From Dictyostelium discoideum (lineage: Eukaryota): a stretch of 64,000 nt of DNA. The position numbers and the translations under genes are program-made. The notes below the pieces were generated by a model. The model saw only the letters and a program-made list of their open reading frames with translations, was not told the origin of the DNA and did no database searches. How positions within the stretch are numbered: the stretch's first letter is position 1; each line of letters begins with the position of its first letter. Below are positions 49,062 through 62,565 of the stretch, one piece after another. The DNA is taken from the NCBI GenBank assembly GCA_000004695.1, contig CM000153.2, forward strand, positions 3,648,001 to 3,712,000, given 5' to 3'.

Positions 49062-50105
49062 CTGAAAGATATTGAACAATGATTTAATTTTATTTTAATA
49101 ATAATAAAAATGGATCACTCAAAAATACCCAAAATGATATTAAATTTTAAAAATCATTTTTTAAATTAATTTTTTTTCAGCCATTTTATTTTAAGAATTA
49201 TTTATCATTTATTTTTTTGTAATTGTCTTTTTTATTTCGAGGAACAACTGGAATATATTTTATAAAGATAGATTTGATTATTGAATTGGTATTTTTTTTT
49301 TTTTTTTTTTAATTTGGATTTTTAAAAAAGCTAATACTGGATTTTTTTGATTTAAAATTATAAAAAATAGTTATAACTATTTAATTTAAAATTTTTATTT
49401 TGTCGGGATTTTTTTTTTATTAAAATAGAATATAACCATTCTATTTTTTTTTTTTTTATTAAAATAGAATGGTTATGTTCATTTTTTTATCATTTTGTGT
49501 ATTTTTGAGTGTTCTATTTAGATATACCAAATATCTTTCAATAACAAAAATGATATGATAAATCTTTCTTGATTGAAAAAAAAAGGTAAAAAAAAAAATA
49601 AAAAAATAGATTTTTTCGAGTTTTAGAAATAAAAATAAATAAAGATAAAATTATTAATAAAAATAAAAAATTTTATAGTTGACAACTCATAGTAAAAAAA
49701 TAATAATAACCAAATATTTTTAAACACAACTTTGAGTTTTTTTAATAAAAAAAAAAAAATAAAATAAAAAAAAAAAAAATGAATATAAAAAATTTAATTT
49801 TACAAATTCTCACACTACTGTTTAATATAAATAATTTCTATTTCAATGAGATCTCTAACCCACTCCCCCATTTTAATTGGTGGTATAAAAAAAGAAATAC
49901 AAAAAAAAAAAAAAAAAATAAAAAGTGTTAAATTAATTTAATTTTGCGCTATTAAGGAAACCAAAATGTGAAAAAATATTTAACATTTATAAATACTTTT
50001 TTCAAAAAAATTTTATTATTTTAAACCCCAATATATGAGTATAATCTAAACTTTTTATTTGTTATAAAATAATAATAATAAAAAAAAAAAAAGATTAAAA
50101 AAACT

Positions 50106-50142
<37 letters not shown>

Positions 50143-50144
<2 letters not shown>

Positions 50145-51668
50145 GGAACCAATTACATACGATTATGAAGATCAAGAACCTCCTTCACCATTACAAAATA
50201 TAAAATTAGAAATAAAACAAAAAGAATTATATAATCAAATTAAAAACAATGATAAAATATTATTAATGGAAAATGAAACTATATCAACTGACCAACTCAA
50301 TATTATAAATAAATTTTTAATAAAATTAAAAAAGATCCCAAGTGAAATAAATAAAATTCTAAAATCAAATTTTTTATTATGTATTTGGATGTTTATAAAT
50401 TTATCTTCATTATTAATGAATCAGTAAGTTGTTTATTTTTATCTTTTTTTTTGGGAGAAAAGAAAAAAAAAAAAACTAAAATCAATTAATTAATATTTTT
50501 TTATATTATTCACTATTTTAGAAGTTTAGAAGAAAATTTTAATTTTAATTCATATAACACATTAATAGGTTGTCAATTAATAATTTCATTTATTATTTCA
50601 CATTTTTATCAAAAAATAAAAAAAAAATATCAAATTAGAAAATTAATGGATATAATTTCAATAAATAAAAACAATTGTAATAATAGTAATAATATTGGCA
50701 ATAATAATAATAATAATTATAATGAAGAATATGAAATTAATAGTGAAGATAATATTAGTTTAGATATTAATTATAATAATAATAATAATTATAAAAATAA
50801 TAATAATAATATAATAATATCAATAAAAGAAATGATTATAATAATAATACCATTATCATTCATATTTGTAATTAATTGTATATTCAATAGTAAATTATCA
50901 GAGAGTATAGTTGAATTTTCAAAAACAGTTGTACCATTAACAGTTGTTGGATTACAATTTATTTTAACTAAAAAAAGATATGGTAAATCATTATATTATT
51001 CAATGATTGTTTTAGTTGTTGGGTCATGTATTTTCTTATTAGAACCTAGTGAATCGTTTAATCAATTATTACCAAATTTTAAACAATTCATTCTATCAAT
51101 TATAATCATTTCATTTCTTTCATTAACATTAATTTATTCTCATTCAATATTTTCAACTAGATTATCTACAATCGATCCAATAATAATAATTCATTACTTT
51201 TCACCAATATCTTTAATAATGTTATTACCTTTTATAATTTCAGAGAGATCATCATTAAACTTTTTCATTGAAACTTTTCAAAGTGAAAAAACTTTAAATG
51301 ATATTTATAATTTTTTAATTTGTTTAATAATTAGTGGTATTTTTTCTTATTTTACATGTAAGTGTGTTTTTAACAAATTAATAAAATAAAAAACACTAAT
51401 AATTTTTTTTTTTATTTTTTTTTTAGTTTATATTACATTTATCGCAAATAAAAAATATAATATATTAATTATGTCAATTTCTAGAAATTCAAAATCTGTA
51501 TTATTGAAATTATTTTCAAGTGGAGTATTTCATGAACCAATTTCAAATAGTAATTGGTTAGGATTTTTTATTTCAAGTGCTGGAATTTTAATATCCTATC
51601 AAAACTCTGATAGTGAAATAGATATTGATAATAAAACTGATGATATTGATACTGAACGTCAAAATTAA
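50143..51668 (+). CDS. Putative nucleotide-sugar/triose-phosphate-translocator family (SLC35-like) multi-pass membrane protein. Exons 50143..50423, 50522..51357 and 51427..51668 (about 452 aa).
   Basis: Three ORF-track pieces (50143..50427, 50646..51389, 51471..51668) join in frame through GTAAGT donors (50424, 51358) and TTTTAG acceptors. There are about 8-10 hydrophobic segments. Family assignment is tentative, based on topology only. Confidence 0.55.
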
Positions 51669-52039
51669 AAATTAAAACAAATACAAACAATATTGTATAA
51701 TAGTATAATTCAGTCAAATATACCCAAATAATTAGAAATTAATATGGTTAACTCCAAATCCATTCAATTCAATGGCAATTATTTAATTGGAATTGCTCAA
51801 AATTAATTTTAAAAATAAAAAAATTAAAATAGGTAAAATAAATATACAAAATAAAAAAATCAAATAAATAATAATAGTTTTAATAAAAAATTAACAGACT
51901 AGAAAATAACAAATAAATTATTATTATTTTTTTTTTTTTTTTTTTTTTTTCTGGTTATTTATTTTTTTTTTTTTTTTCTTCAATTTGATTATTTTTTTAT
52001 TATTATATGTTTGTACCGCCCATGTTGATTATGTTAAAA

Positions 52040-52690
52040 GTTCTGGATATACTTGTGCTTTTTGTGAAATTCTTTCACCTGGTCGTCATGCTAGTCATTT
52101 TGGTGTTTGTAGAAGAATTCAATGTTTTGTGGGTTTTGATGTTCAGTTCACCAAAATCAGGCTCTGGATCAGGTTTAAAGAGTGATTTTTTCTGGGCATC
52201 AGGTAATGCAAATCCATGTCCATCCGGATGGTCAGTGGAATACCCAGTTAGAACTGCATCAATTAAAAATAATCAATTAACTTGGTACTGGTGTGCAGAT
52301 ATATTGGATGTTGGTGGCTTGATGAGCAATATACATTTCTCATCAGTGCTAAATTGTGGTGGTTATCAAGCCTATATTATTGGTACAATCACCTTCTCAA
52401 CAACCAATAGATATTTGGTTAATTCATTTTGTTCAAATGAAGGTGATATGGTTGAATCAAATTCTAAACCAATAACATCTGATTCTACTAAATATCTATG
52501 TTCAAAAGGAAAAGGAACAATCAATCACAGATGTTAGGTACCTAGAAAATGGTTATACAGTAACAGCTCCTTCATGTACAGGTTTGTATTAGTGTAAGAT
52601 ACATTTCTCATCAGTTCTTAACCGTGGTGGTTACAGAGCCTATTCGAAGGTTTTAAAGATGATCTACTAAAATGAATATCAACAATCTAT
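52040..52690 (+). pseudogene. Second decayed copy of exon 1 (Cys-rich N-domain) of the EGF-repeat gene. It includes the relic of the exon-1 donor site and a partial tandem re-duplication.
   Basis: 52150-52540 is collinear with the intact exon (…SGNANPCPSGWSVEYPVRTASIKNNQLTWYWCADILDVGG…NCGGYQAYIIGTITFSTTNRYLV…). 52540-52585 retains …CTGgtttgtatta with a deletion. 52590-52680 repeats the …ISSVLNRGGYRAY… segment. Frameshift between 51985..52185 and 52007..52537 frames. No signal peptide and no downstream EGF exon. Confidence 0.55.
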
Positions 52691-53083
52691 CACCAATTCA
52701 AATACTTTGTTTATAATATGAATAATACTTTATCAATAACAATTCATGATTCGACCGGCCACTCTAAAATATTCGAATACAAAAAATTAAAAATTAACTC
52801 TTTCAAAATATCTGAGCAATTTTAAAGATCCAAATGATCGTTTCTTTAAGTAATAATAAATTAAGAAAATAAACATATATTTAAAAAAAAAAAATTTTAA
52901 ATATGGATAAATCAGTGTTTATCCATATTTAAAACTGGATATTTTAAAAAAAAATAATAAAAATAAAGACAGTACTTTATTTTAAATTAATTTCTTTATT
53001 TGATTGACCTTTTTTTATTTTTTTTTTTAATTTTTTTTTATTTTTTTTTTTACTTTTTCAAATTTTGCTGACACCCTTAGTTT

Positions 53084-53125
<42 letters not shown>

Positions 53126-53202
53126 GTTTCTTCAACATCATATTAAATTTTTTTTTTTTTTTCTAGAATTCTCATTTTTTAAAAAAAAAAAAAATAGTAA
53201 CA

Positions 53203-55163
53203 ATGGCAACAAATATATCAACATCACCAAAAGAAGATGTTCCAAAAGAAAAATTTCATTTAGATAGTAGTGTATTTAAATAAATAAATAAAATAAAATA
53301 AAAAATAAAAATAAAATAAAATAAAAATAAATAAAATAAATATTAATGATTATTTATTAATTTTAATTTTAATTTTAAAAAGTTTTAAATTTTTCACAAA
53401 CATCACAAATTCAATTTGGTTTAAGATTACAAGATTATAAAAAGTATAGACAATATTGTAGTAAAAGAATTCAACGTTTAAGAAGTCAATTAAGAAAACA
53501 ATATGGTAAAAAGAATTATGTTAATAAGATTGTACTTAATGGTGGAGAGACAGAAAAACAAATTAATGATGTTAGATATTTACAAATTTCATTATTAAAG
53601 ACTGAAAGGGCATGGAGTTATGCAATGGATTTGAAAGCACAATTTGAAAAGGATAACGATTCACGTATTGGTTTTCATATGAATAGAAGATTTGGTAAAG
53701 CATCAAGAAATTCAACACAACTCTATGAACTTTGTAAATTGGTAGCTGATCAATATACAATCATCGAGGCACATGCTTATTCCTCTTGGATGGCATCATC
53801 ATTGTCATTGACTAAACAGGATTTCAAAAAGGCATTAGAAGAAATCAACATTTCAAAAACAATTTATGAAAAACTCTCTGAACAAGGTGACCATTCTCAA
53901 AAAGAATTATATCAAAAAAGAATTGAAGAAACTGAACCAATCATTAGATTTTGTTTATATAATCTTAAAAATGAAAAGAATACTTCTAATAAAGTTTCAC
54001 AAAATACATTAACAATTATTGAACAATCTTTAGAAGAATTAAAAAATCAAGAAAATAAAAAGAAATCGTCAACTTCTTCAACTACTACCACTACCGCTAC
54101 AACAACAATTGAATGGAAATCAAAATCAATTAAAGTTGATGAAAAACTTGATGAAAAATTAAAAATATTTAATGAATTTAAAAAAGAGAATGAAAATAAA
54201 TTACCAAAGAATATTAATGCATCAATTGATACAACATCAAATATTTCACCAATTTTCAATATTTATGATAAATTGGTTTATAATTTAATCAATTGTGAAA
54301 CCATTGTAAAGAATGATCTATCAACATTGGTTAGAGTAAACTTAAAGAATAAATCGGTAAAGAGTGAAATTGAAGAACAATCAACTAGAATACTCTTGGC
54401 CTACATTATGTATCATAAAATGAAGTATCTCTATGAGAGAAATTCAATTTTAATCACAATGATGCAAAGAGTATTGGATGGTGAAAAGGTGGATGAATCT
54501 GCAATTAAAAAGAAAGTTAAGAAAGTAACTTGGAATGATTTGGTACGTTTATCAACTCATCAAGTTAAAGTCTATACAATCATGAGTGAAAGTAGGGATA
54601 CCGATTCAAATAAAGAGATTGCAAGAGACCAAGATGCTCAGCTAATCCTATTGAAATCTATTAGACTCTATTATATTGCAGTTTGTTTAGCTAAATCTTT
54701 GAAATTCTCTGAAACTATGGCTGTATTGGATAGAGTACTTACAAACATTCAAAATGTTCGTAAAACCAATACTAAAAATCAACAAATTCTTAATGATACA
54801 AATGAATTGGAATCAAATATAAAGAAACAAAGATCACAAATTCATGCAAACTCTTTCATTCAACAATTGTCAGAGAATCAAGATTTAAAAAATCAAATGT
54901 CTTCTTTATCAATTGGTGGTATTACCACTGCCTCTGGCAAATCAAATGATTTAATCTCTGGTTTAGATTCATTCGATACCTCTTTCTTGACTGAAAAGAA
55001 ATTGGTTCAATTACCACCACAACTTCAACCTGTTCAAGCCAAACCAATCTTTTTCGATTTAGCTTTCAATAGTGTTACTTTCCCATCATTAGATCAAAGA
55101 AAGAAAGGTAGTTCAACTGGTACTCCTTCAAAAGGTTTATTTGGTTTTTGGGGTAGAGGTTAA
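53203..55163 (+). CDS. srp68: Signal recognition particle 68 kDa subunit (SRP68). Exons 53203..53266 and 53383..55163 (about 614 aa).
   Basis: ...FSQTSQIQFGLRLQDYKKYRQYCSKRIQRLRSQL...DVRYLQISLLKTERAWSYAMDLKAQFEKDNDSRIGFHMNRRFGKASRNSTQLYELC...ISKTIYEKLSEQ... is collinear with human SRP68 (LEILQIIKES..GLRHGDFQRYRGYCSRRQRRLRKTL...AERAWSYAMQLKQE...). Short 5' exon MATNISTSPKEDVPKEKFHLD. The donor choice (GTAGTG at 53267 vs GTGTAT at 53270) is uncertain. Confidence 0.85.
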
Positions 55164-55416
55164 AATTTTTTAATTTTAAAAATAATAATAACTAAAAATA
55201 AAAAAATAAACAATTAACCATAATATTAAAAAAAAAACATTAAAAAAATTAAATAATTAAAAATTTAAAAATAAAAAAATAAAAAAAAAAAAAATGGAAA
55301 AGAAAAATCCATTTCTTGTCGGTTGGTTTTGATTAAAAGATTAAAAACTGTTTTTTTTTTTTTATTTTTTTATTTTTTTTTTTTATTTTTAATTTTGTGA
55401 TTAAAAATTTTGTTTT

Positions 55417-55456
<40 letters not shown>

Positions 55457-55816
55457 TAAAGTTTGCATTGTTAATAACCCCTATTCGGATTATTACAAAA
55501 TTAAATAAAATAAATAAAATTTTATATAATGTATAATGGCTTCACAATATACTAAATTACAATCAATTGAGGTTGAGGATAATTTATTATTACCCTATCA
55601 AGTTTCAAATCCGACACAAAAGAAATCACAAAATAAATTTGCATCTTATTTTTATAGAGTGTAAAATTATTTACCTACAAACAAAAAAAAAAAAAAACTA
55701 AATTTTTCCATATTTCTATGCGCATATTAATTTTTTTTTTTTTTTTTTTGCACTAATTATTATAATTTTTTAGAAAAGGATACATAATAAAGAAATGGAA
55801 AATTTTATTATTATTA

Positions 55817-57269
55817 ATGTTTGTATTATTATTAATTGCTGGTGTTATTTTAATTCCAGTTTTAGTTTTAAGATGTAAGTTTAAATAATAATAAAAATTA
55901 TTATAATATGTAAATTTACATATTAACCAATTGTTATTTTTATTATTAAAAAAAAAAAAAAAAAAAAAAAAAAGATAAAACATCAACAATATCGGATCAA
56001 TGTGATGAATATGGTAAAGAGATTATTAATAATGCAGTACAAAAAGGTACAGAAGCATATAGTAGATTATCAACATTGGTAACATTATTTCCAGGTAGAT
56101 TATCAGGTAGTGAACAATTAGAGAATGCAATCGATTGGATACAAGATATGATGTTAGATGATGGATTTGATTTAGTTAAAACCGATGATGTTGAAGTTAC
56201 ACATTGGGTTAGAGGTGATGAAAGTGCAACTATTTTACAACCATACCATAGAAAAATGAATATGTTGGGATTGGGTGGATCAATTGCAGGTAATGTTACG
56301 GCAGAGGTTATTGTAGTATCAAGTTTTGATGAATTGGATACACTTCAAGATCAAGTTAAAGGTAAAATAGTATTATTCAATGCAATTTTCACCAACTATT
56401 CATCCACTGTTCAATATAGAAGTGGTGGTGCATCTGCAGCCGCAAAATATGGTGGTGTTGCAGCATTGGTTAGATCTATTACACCCTACAGTTTAGGTAC
56501 ACCACATACTGGTGTAATGTTTTATCAGGATGGTATCGACAAAATTCCAACTGCTGCCATTACATTGGAAGATGCAGATTTAATTCAAAATTTAGCAATA
56601 TTGAATCAAACAGTGATTGTAAATTTATATATGGAAGCACAAACTATGCCAACTAATGCAATCAGTAGAAATGTTATGGCACAAATTAATGGCTCCACTT
56701 ATCCTGATGAAGTGGTTGTAATTGGTGGTCATACAGATTCTTGGGACGTTGCACAGGGTGCAATGGATGATGGTGGTGGTATAGTTGTCGCATGGGAAGC
56801 ATTAAGATTAATAAAATCATTGGGTATCATACCAAAGAGAACTATTAGAGTAGTGGGTTGGACAAATGAAGAAAATGGTGCCGCTGGTGGTGCTGCTTAT
56901 GCTCAACTCTATACCAATGAAACTTTCTTCTCTATTGAATCTGATATTGGTGTAACTCAACCATTAGGTTTCAATGTTATGGCATCAGAACAAACTATCA
57001 CTGATTTACAATTGATCGCTGATAAAGTTTTATCACCAATTAAAACAACTTCAATCGTAGAAGGTGAAGTTGGTACTGATAATGGTTTCTTGGTTTCAAA
57101 TGGTAAACCTGGTGCTCAATTAATCACTGATGAATCAAAATATTTTTGGTATCATCATACAGCTGGTGATGCTATGGATAAAATGGACCCTTCTCAAATG
57201 AATCAATGTGTTGCTGCAATGGCAACAATGGCATTATGTATTTCAAATTGGGTTGGTCAATTAAATTAA
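55817..57269 (+). CDS. Carboxypeptidase Q / plasma glutamate carboxypeptidase-like M28 metallopeptidase. Exons 55817..55874 and 55975..57269 (about 450 aa).
   Basis: Exon 1 gives the signal peptide MFVLLLLIAGVILIPVLVLR, donor T|GTAAGT. Exon 2 reads ...LFPGRLSGSEQLENAIDW...VTHWVRGDESATILQP...LGLGGSIAG...AEVIVVSSFDELD...GKIVLFN...YRSGGASAAAKYGGVAALVRSITP...HTDSWDVAQGAMDDGGGIVVAWEALRLIKSLGIIPKRTIRVVGWTNEENG..., collinear with human CPQ including the Zn ligands. Confidence 0.8.
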
Positions 57270-57298
57270 ATAATAATAATAATAATAATAAAAACTGG

Positions 57299-57330
<32 letters not shown>

Positions 57331-57429
57331 GAATAATAATAAATCTGTAAACTACTATATACATGCTTTAAATTTTTTTAATTTTTCTATATTTTTTTTT
57401 TTAATTTTTTTTTTTATATAAATAGATTA

Positions 57430-58121
<692 letters not shown>

Positions 58122-58473
58122 TATTTATAAATTTAAGAATGATTCAAAAAATTAAAAAAAAAATAAAAATAAAATGAAAAAAAAAATTTTGATCGTTTTT
58201 TAAGTTTTTTTTTGCGCAAAAATTTATAATGCTTTTTTTTATTTTTTATTTTTTATTTTTTTTTTTTTTTTTTATTTTTTTAATTTTTTAAAACTTTAAT
58301 TAACCCTTGTAAGTAATCATTTTCCAGAAAAAAAAAAATAAAAAAAATAAAAAATAAAAAATAAAAAATCTTTTTTTTTTTTTTTTCAAAAAAATTTCAA
58401 AAACTTCACACTTCACGCTCTAATAATAATATATCATACAATACTTTTTAAAAAATAAAATAAAAAAAGAAAA

Positions 58474-58786
58474 ATGCAAGCTAAATTTGAAGAATTTTTT
58501 CAAAAAGTTAAAAATCAAACAACTTATGATGAAGAAGAATTATTTAAATTAGTTGAATTATCAAAAGTTACCCAAGAGGATAAAAAAGAAAAAGTTGCAA
58601 ATTTTGCAAATATTTTATTTAAATTAACAAAATCAACACCATCAGATTCAATAAATGCAACTATCATCAAACAAGTCAATGATGATGCTCGAAAATATAT
58701 TGATGAAGTTGGCGATGATGTTAATGTTAGTTTTACAATTGCTTTAATTTTCGTTACAATTGTAAGATTATTATATTATTATATTA

Positions 58787-58882
<96 letters not shown>

Positions 58883-59930
58883 TCATCTCCATTTTATCAA
58901 CAAACTTACTAATTAATTATAAATTATCACAGATACAATTATTTAAACAAGATGCAAGTATTAATTCACTCCTTAATAATGCATCAACAATTTTAGTAAA
59001 TATCCTTTATAAACAAGGTAATCACATTGATTCAATGGATTTATTAATTGAAACTTTTGAAATACTTGTATGTATAATAAATTTTTAATAAAAAAAAAGA
59101 AATAAAAATAATAATAATAATAATAATTATAATAATATTAATTTATTCATTTTATATTTCATTTGTTTTTTTTATCATAGTCAAAAAAAACAAATGATGA
59201 AAATAAAAGAATGTATTATGTATCAAGAAGTAATGAAATTGCTCGTTATAAATCTGATTTCCAATCTGGTAAACAAGTTGTAAGCTATTATAATATTAAT
59301 AATAATGTATAATAAAGATATATTTTTTAACATAATATATTTTATATATATATTTATATATATATAGAAACTTTCACCAACATCATCAGAAAAACTTCAA
59401 AAAGCATTTACCTATAAAGAAAAAGGTACTGATGCATTTAAAAAAAGTGATTGGAAAGGTGCAATTTTTAATTATCATTGTGTATGTAATTTTTTTTTTA
59501 AATTATTTTCAATATTTATTATTATTATAATTATTAATATTAATATTAAAATTTAATATAATAGGCAAATAATTATGTAACAGGATTAATGGGGTTAGGA
59601 GATGAAGAAGATACAATTTCAAAGAATTTAGTATTAGTTTTAACAAATAATATTGCAATTTGTAATATGAAATTAGGTAAATTCAAAAGATCAATCGAAT
59701 TATTAGATCAAGTTTTAAAGAGTGATCCAAACAATGTCAAAGCATTATATAGAAGAGGTAAATGTTTGGTAGCAGAGAAAGAATATATACATGCTGAAGA
59801 AGATTTAGAAAAAGCTCTAACTCTCACTCCAAATGATAAAGAAATTATAGCTGAATTGAAAATTTGTAGACAAAAATCAAATGAATTCAAAAAGGTTGAA
59901 GCAAAAGCTTATAGTAAAATGTTTGATTAG
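58474..59930 (+). CDS. TPR-repeat protein, TTC9-like. Proposed 5 exons 58474..58761, 58933..59067, 59181..59279, 59368..59481 and 59565..59930 (about 333 aa). Alternatively two genes: an N-terminal ORF ending at 59088, and a TTC9-like gene starting at an internal Met in exon 3.
   Basis: All junctions are phase 0 with donors GTAAGA, GTATGT, GTAAGC, GTATGT and acceptors CACAG, CATAG, TATAG, AATAG. The C-terminal exons encode KAFTYKEKGTDAFKKSDWKGAIFNYHC...NIAICNMKLGKFKRSIELLDQVLKSDPNNVKALYRRGKCLVAEKEYIHAEEDLEKALTLTPNDKEI...KAYSKMFD, resembling human TTC9C. Intron 1 contains (TTA)n. Confidence 0.55.
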
Positions 59931-60076
59931 AATAATAAAAATGTATTTGAAAATATTAATATCCATATATTGTCAAAAAAAAAAATATATATATATAACC
60001 TTTTTTTTATTAATTGTTTTTTTATTTTTTTGTTTTTTTTTTTTTTTGTTTTGTTTTGTTTTTTTTTTTTTTTTTT

Positions 60077-61133
60077 TTATAAAACAAATTTCTTTCTATC
60101 AACATCCATATTATGTTGATGAAGATGAATATATTCACCAGTTGAAGTATTGAAAGAACCTTTTTGAAGTGATTTTAATTTTAAAGTGAAACGTGGTCCT
60201 AATTCTTGTACGTTTGCATCTTCTTTTGATTCGAAAATATAACGATGTTGTCTAAAAAATATGAAATCACGTTGATTATGAAGTGTACAAACTCTACGAC
60301 CTTTAAAATTTGGATCTTGTGCAAACATTGATGCAAACATTCTACCAATTGAATGACCTAAACGTGTTGTAAAATTATTAACAATTAATTCTGCTTTATG
60401 TGATGTCATTTCACCACCACCTGGTATATCCTCTGGCATAACTAAATTTGTTAATCTAAATACTGCTGTTGGTCCATTTGGTAAATGTGAAATTGTTAAT
60501 TCATCTATATAAAAAATAAAAAAAATAAAAAAATAAAATAAAAAAAAACCAGTTAATAATTATGAATATTATAAATATTATAAATATATATATATATATA
60601 TATTTACCTATAATTCCTTTTGTTTCATTTACAACAATAATATCAGTATAATCTCTATTATTACAAAATTGAACGATTTCTTTTAAATGATATTTTCTAC
60701 GATGAAAGAATTCACAATTTGGTAAAAGTTTAGTAAATACTTGAGCAAACTCAACGGCTTCTTTAGTTGATCTTTGATTTGTGGTTACTACAATCTTTGG
60801 TACTCTACCATCGAAATAGGATTCAAATTCATCCTTATTAATTTCTTCTTCAAATTCTTTATCATTCTCTGTATCTACAATGGTTTCATCAGCTCTTCTC
60901 ATAGATTCAATGGTTCTTGGTACTTCTTTGGCTGGTGCTGCATCACCTAATATCTCTCTTTCTTTCTTTCTTTGTTTTCTTGCTTTTTCTCTTGCAGTTT
61001 TCTTTGCTGCTTGAAGTTTTTGTACTAATAAAACCCTTTTGGCTTTACATTTTATATCTGTTGGTGATCTTCTTAATTTTAATTCTTCTTTTGTTAAATC
61101 ATCTTTATCAACTTCTTTTTTTGGTTTTACCAT
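60077..61133 (-). CDS. Ribosome production factor 1 (RPF1, Brix-domain) ortholog. Exons 60608..61133 and 60077..60504 (about 317 aa).
   Basis: ...PKIVVTTNQRSTKEAVEFAQVFTKLLPNCEFFHRRKYHLKEIVQFCNNRDYTDIIVVNETKGII|DELTISHLPNGPTAVF...AELIVNNFTTRLGHSIGRMFASMFAQDPNFKGRRVCTLHNQRDFIFFRQHRYIF...ELGPRFTLKLKSLQKG is collinear with human RPF1. Donor G|GTAAAT, acceptor TATAG. Confidence 0.85.
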
Positions 61134-61395
61134 TTTTTTATTTTATTTATTTTTTTTTTTTTTTTTCACTCCCCACAAATACAAAAAAACTTTAATTGAA
61201 AAAAAAAAAAAGATTTATAAATAAAAAAAAGTTTTTTTAAAAAACGATTGTTTTTTCGCTTTTTTCGGTTTTTTTTTTTTTTTTTTTTTTTTTTCTCAAA
61301 ATTAATTTTATTTTAATTAAATTTTTTTTATTTTTTATTTTTTATTTTTTATTTTTAATTTTTTTTTTTTTAATTTTTATTTATTTAAAAAAAAG

Positions 61396-61917
61396 ATGAC
61401 AGAATCAACATTAATTTCAACAGAAATAAATTCAGATTTATTCAAAGATATTAAAAAGATTAGATATGATGTTTTTGTAATTGAACAAGAATGTCCAGAA
61501 GAAGAGGAATGGGATGAATATGATGAAAAAGCAAAACATCTTTTATTAAAGATTAATGGTGATTCAGTTGGATGTGCAAGATGGAGAAAGATTTATTATC
61601 CAGATTATCAAGGTAATATGGATTGTGATGTTATAAAGATGGAAAGATTCGCAGTATTAAAACAATTTAGAGGTAAAAACTATGGTAAAGAATTGGTTAA
61701 AAAAGTAGTTCAAGAAATTTACCAAAAAACAAACATTGAACAAAACACTGATTATCCATTATTCATGATTAATGCTCAACAATATGTTGAAAAATTTTAT
61801 CAATCACTTGGTTTTGAAACTGATAAAAATATTCCAATCTTTTATGAAGCTGGTATTCCACATGTCCGTATGATCATTCCAAAAGATACTATAAAAAATT
61901 TATATTTTTCAAATTAA
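61396..61917 (+). CDS. GNAT-family N-acetyltransferase, ElaA-like (173 aa), single exon
   Basis: ...IRYDVFVIEQECPEEEEWDEYDEKAKHLLL...CARWR...RFAVLKQFRGKNYGKELVK... matches the ElaA-type GNAT core. No intron. Confidence 0.7.
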   Translation: MTESTLISTEINSDLFKDIKKIRYDVFVIEQECPEEEEWDEYDEKAKHLLLKINGDSVGCARWRKIYYPDYQGNMDCDVIKMERFAVLKQFRGKNYGKELVKKVVQEIYQKTNIEQNTDYPLFMINAQQYVEKFYQSLGFETDKNIPIFYEAGIPHVRMIIPKDTIKNLYFSN

Positions 61918-61922
61918 TTATT

Positions 61923-61983
<61 letters not shown>

Positions 61984-62356
61984 ATGACATATTAAAAAAA
62001 ATTTTTTTTTATAAATTAATAATTTCAATATTATTTATCATTATTGATATTATATTTTTTTTAATTTTTTTTTCTTTATATCCATGAAAGTCAATTATCA
62101 AATAATTTAATTAACCTTTAAAAGTTTTTTTTTTTTTTTCAAAGTTAAATTAAATTTTGTACTTTATGAATTCATTTTTTAAATGGGTCTTATATTTTTT
62201 TGTTATAAAGTAGAAAAATATTTTGAATTTTTTTGATCATTATTTATAAAAATCTTAAACAGACGATAATAATAAAATATTTTTTAAAAAATATTACTAA
62301 AAATTCCAGTATTTGATTTTATTTTTTTCGGTATTTTTACAAAAATTTTCATGTGA

Positions 62357-62446
62357 GCCCGTGTCGTATAGTGGTTATTATATCTGTCTTGTACTTAGTA
62401 CCAAAGCGATAACAGAGGGTCCTCAGTTCGATTCTGAGCTCGGGCA
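62357..62446 (+). tRNA. Intron-containing tRNA gene. The hand fold gives anticodon TGT (Thr) with a 17-nt intron after position 37. An external B-box-like GGTTCGAAGTC lies at 62477-62487.
   Basis: Acceptor GCCCGTG/CTCGGGC (one U-U mismatch at 6:67). D-loop AGTGGTTA. Anticodon stem TCTGT/ACAGA. Loop CTTGTA[intron CTTAGTACCAAAGCGAT]A. T-stem CTCAG/CTGAG with loop TTCGATT. Isotype is less certain than for the first tRNA. Confidence 0.55.
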
Positions 62447-62565
62447 CTTTTCCTCGCAGACAGAATTTCGGTCACAGGTTCGAAGTCTGTCTTCAAATAG
62501 TAAAACTATTAATTATTGTATATTCCCTTTAAAGGAACAATGATTAATCAAAGTTTATCCTTTAA

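Noticed and set aside
55753-55989. Minus-strand ORF 55753..55989 (poly-Phe/Asn) and the ATG at 55795 as the start of the peptidase gene
   Set aside because: The 55795 ATG is in a different frame that terminates at TAA in the donor. The in-frame start Met at 55817 yields a proper signal peptide spliced to the M28 domain. The minus ORF is an AT-rich artefact.
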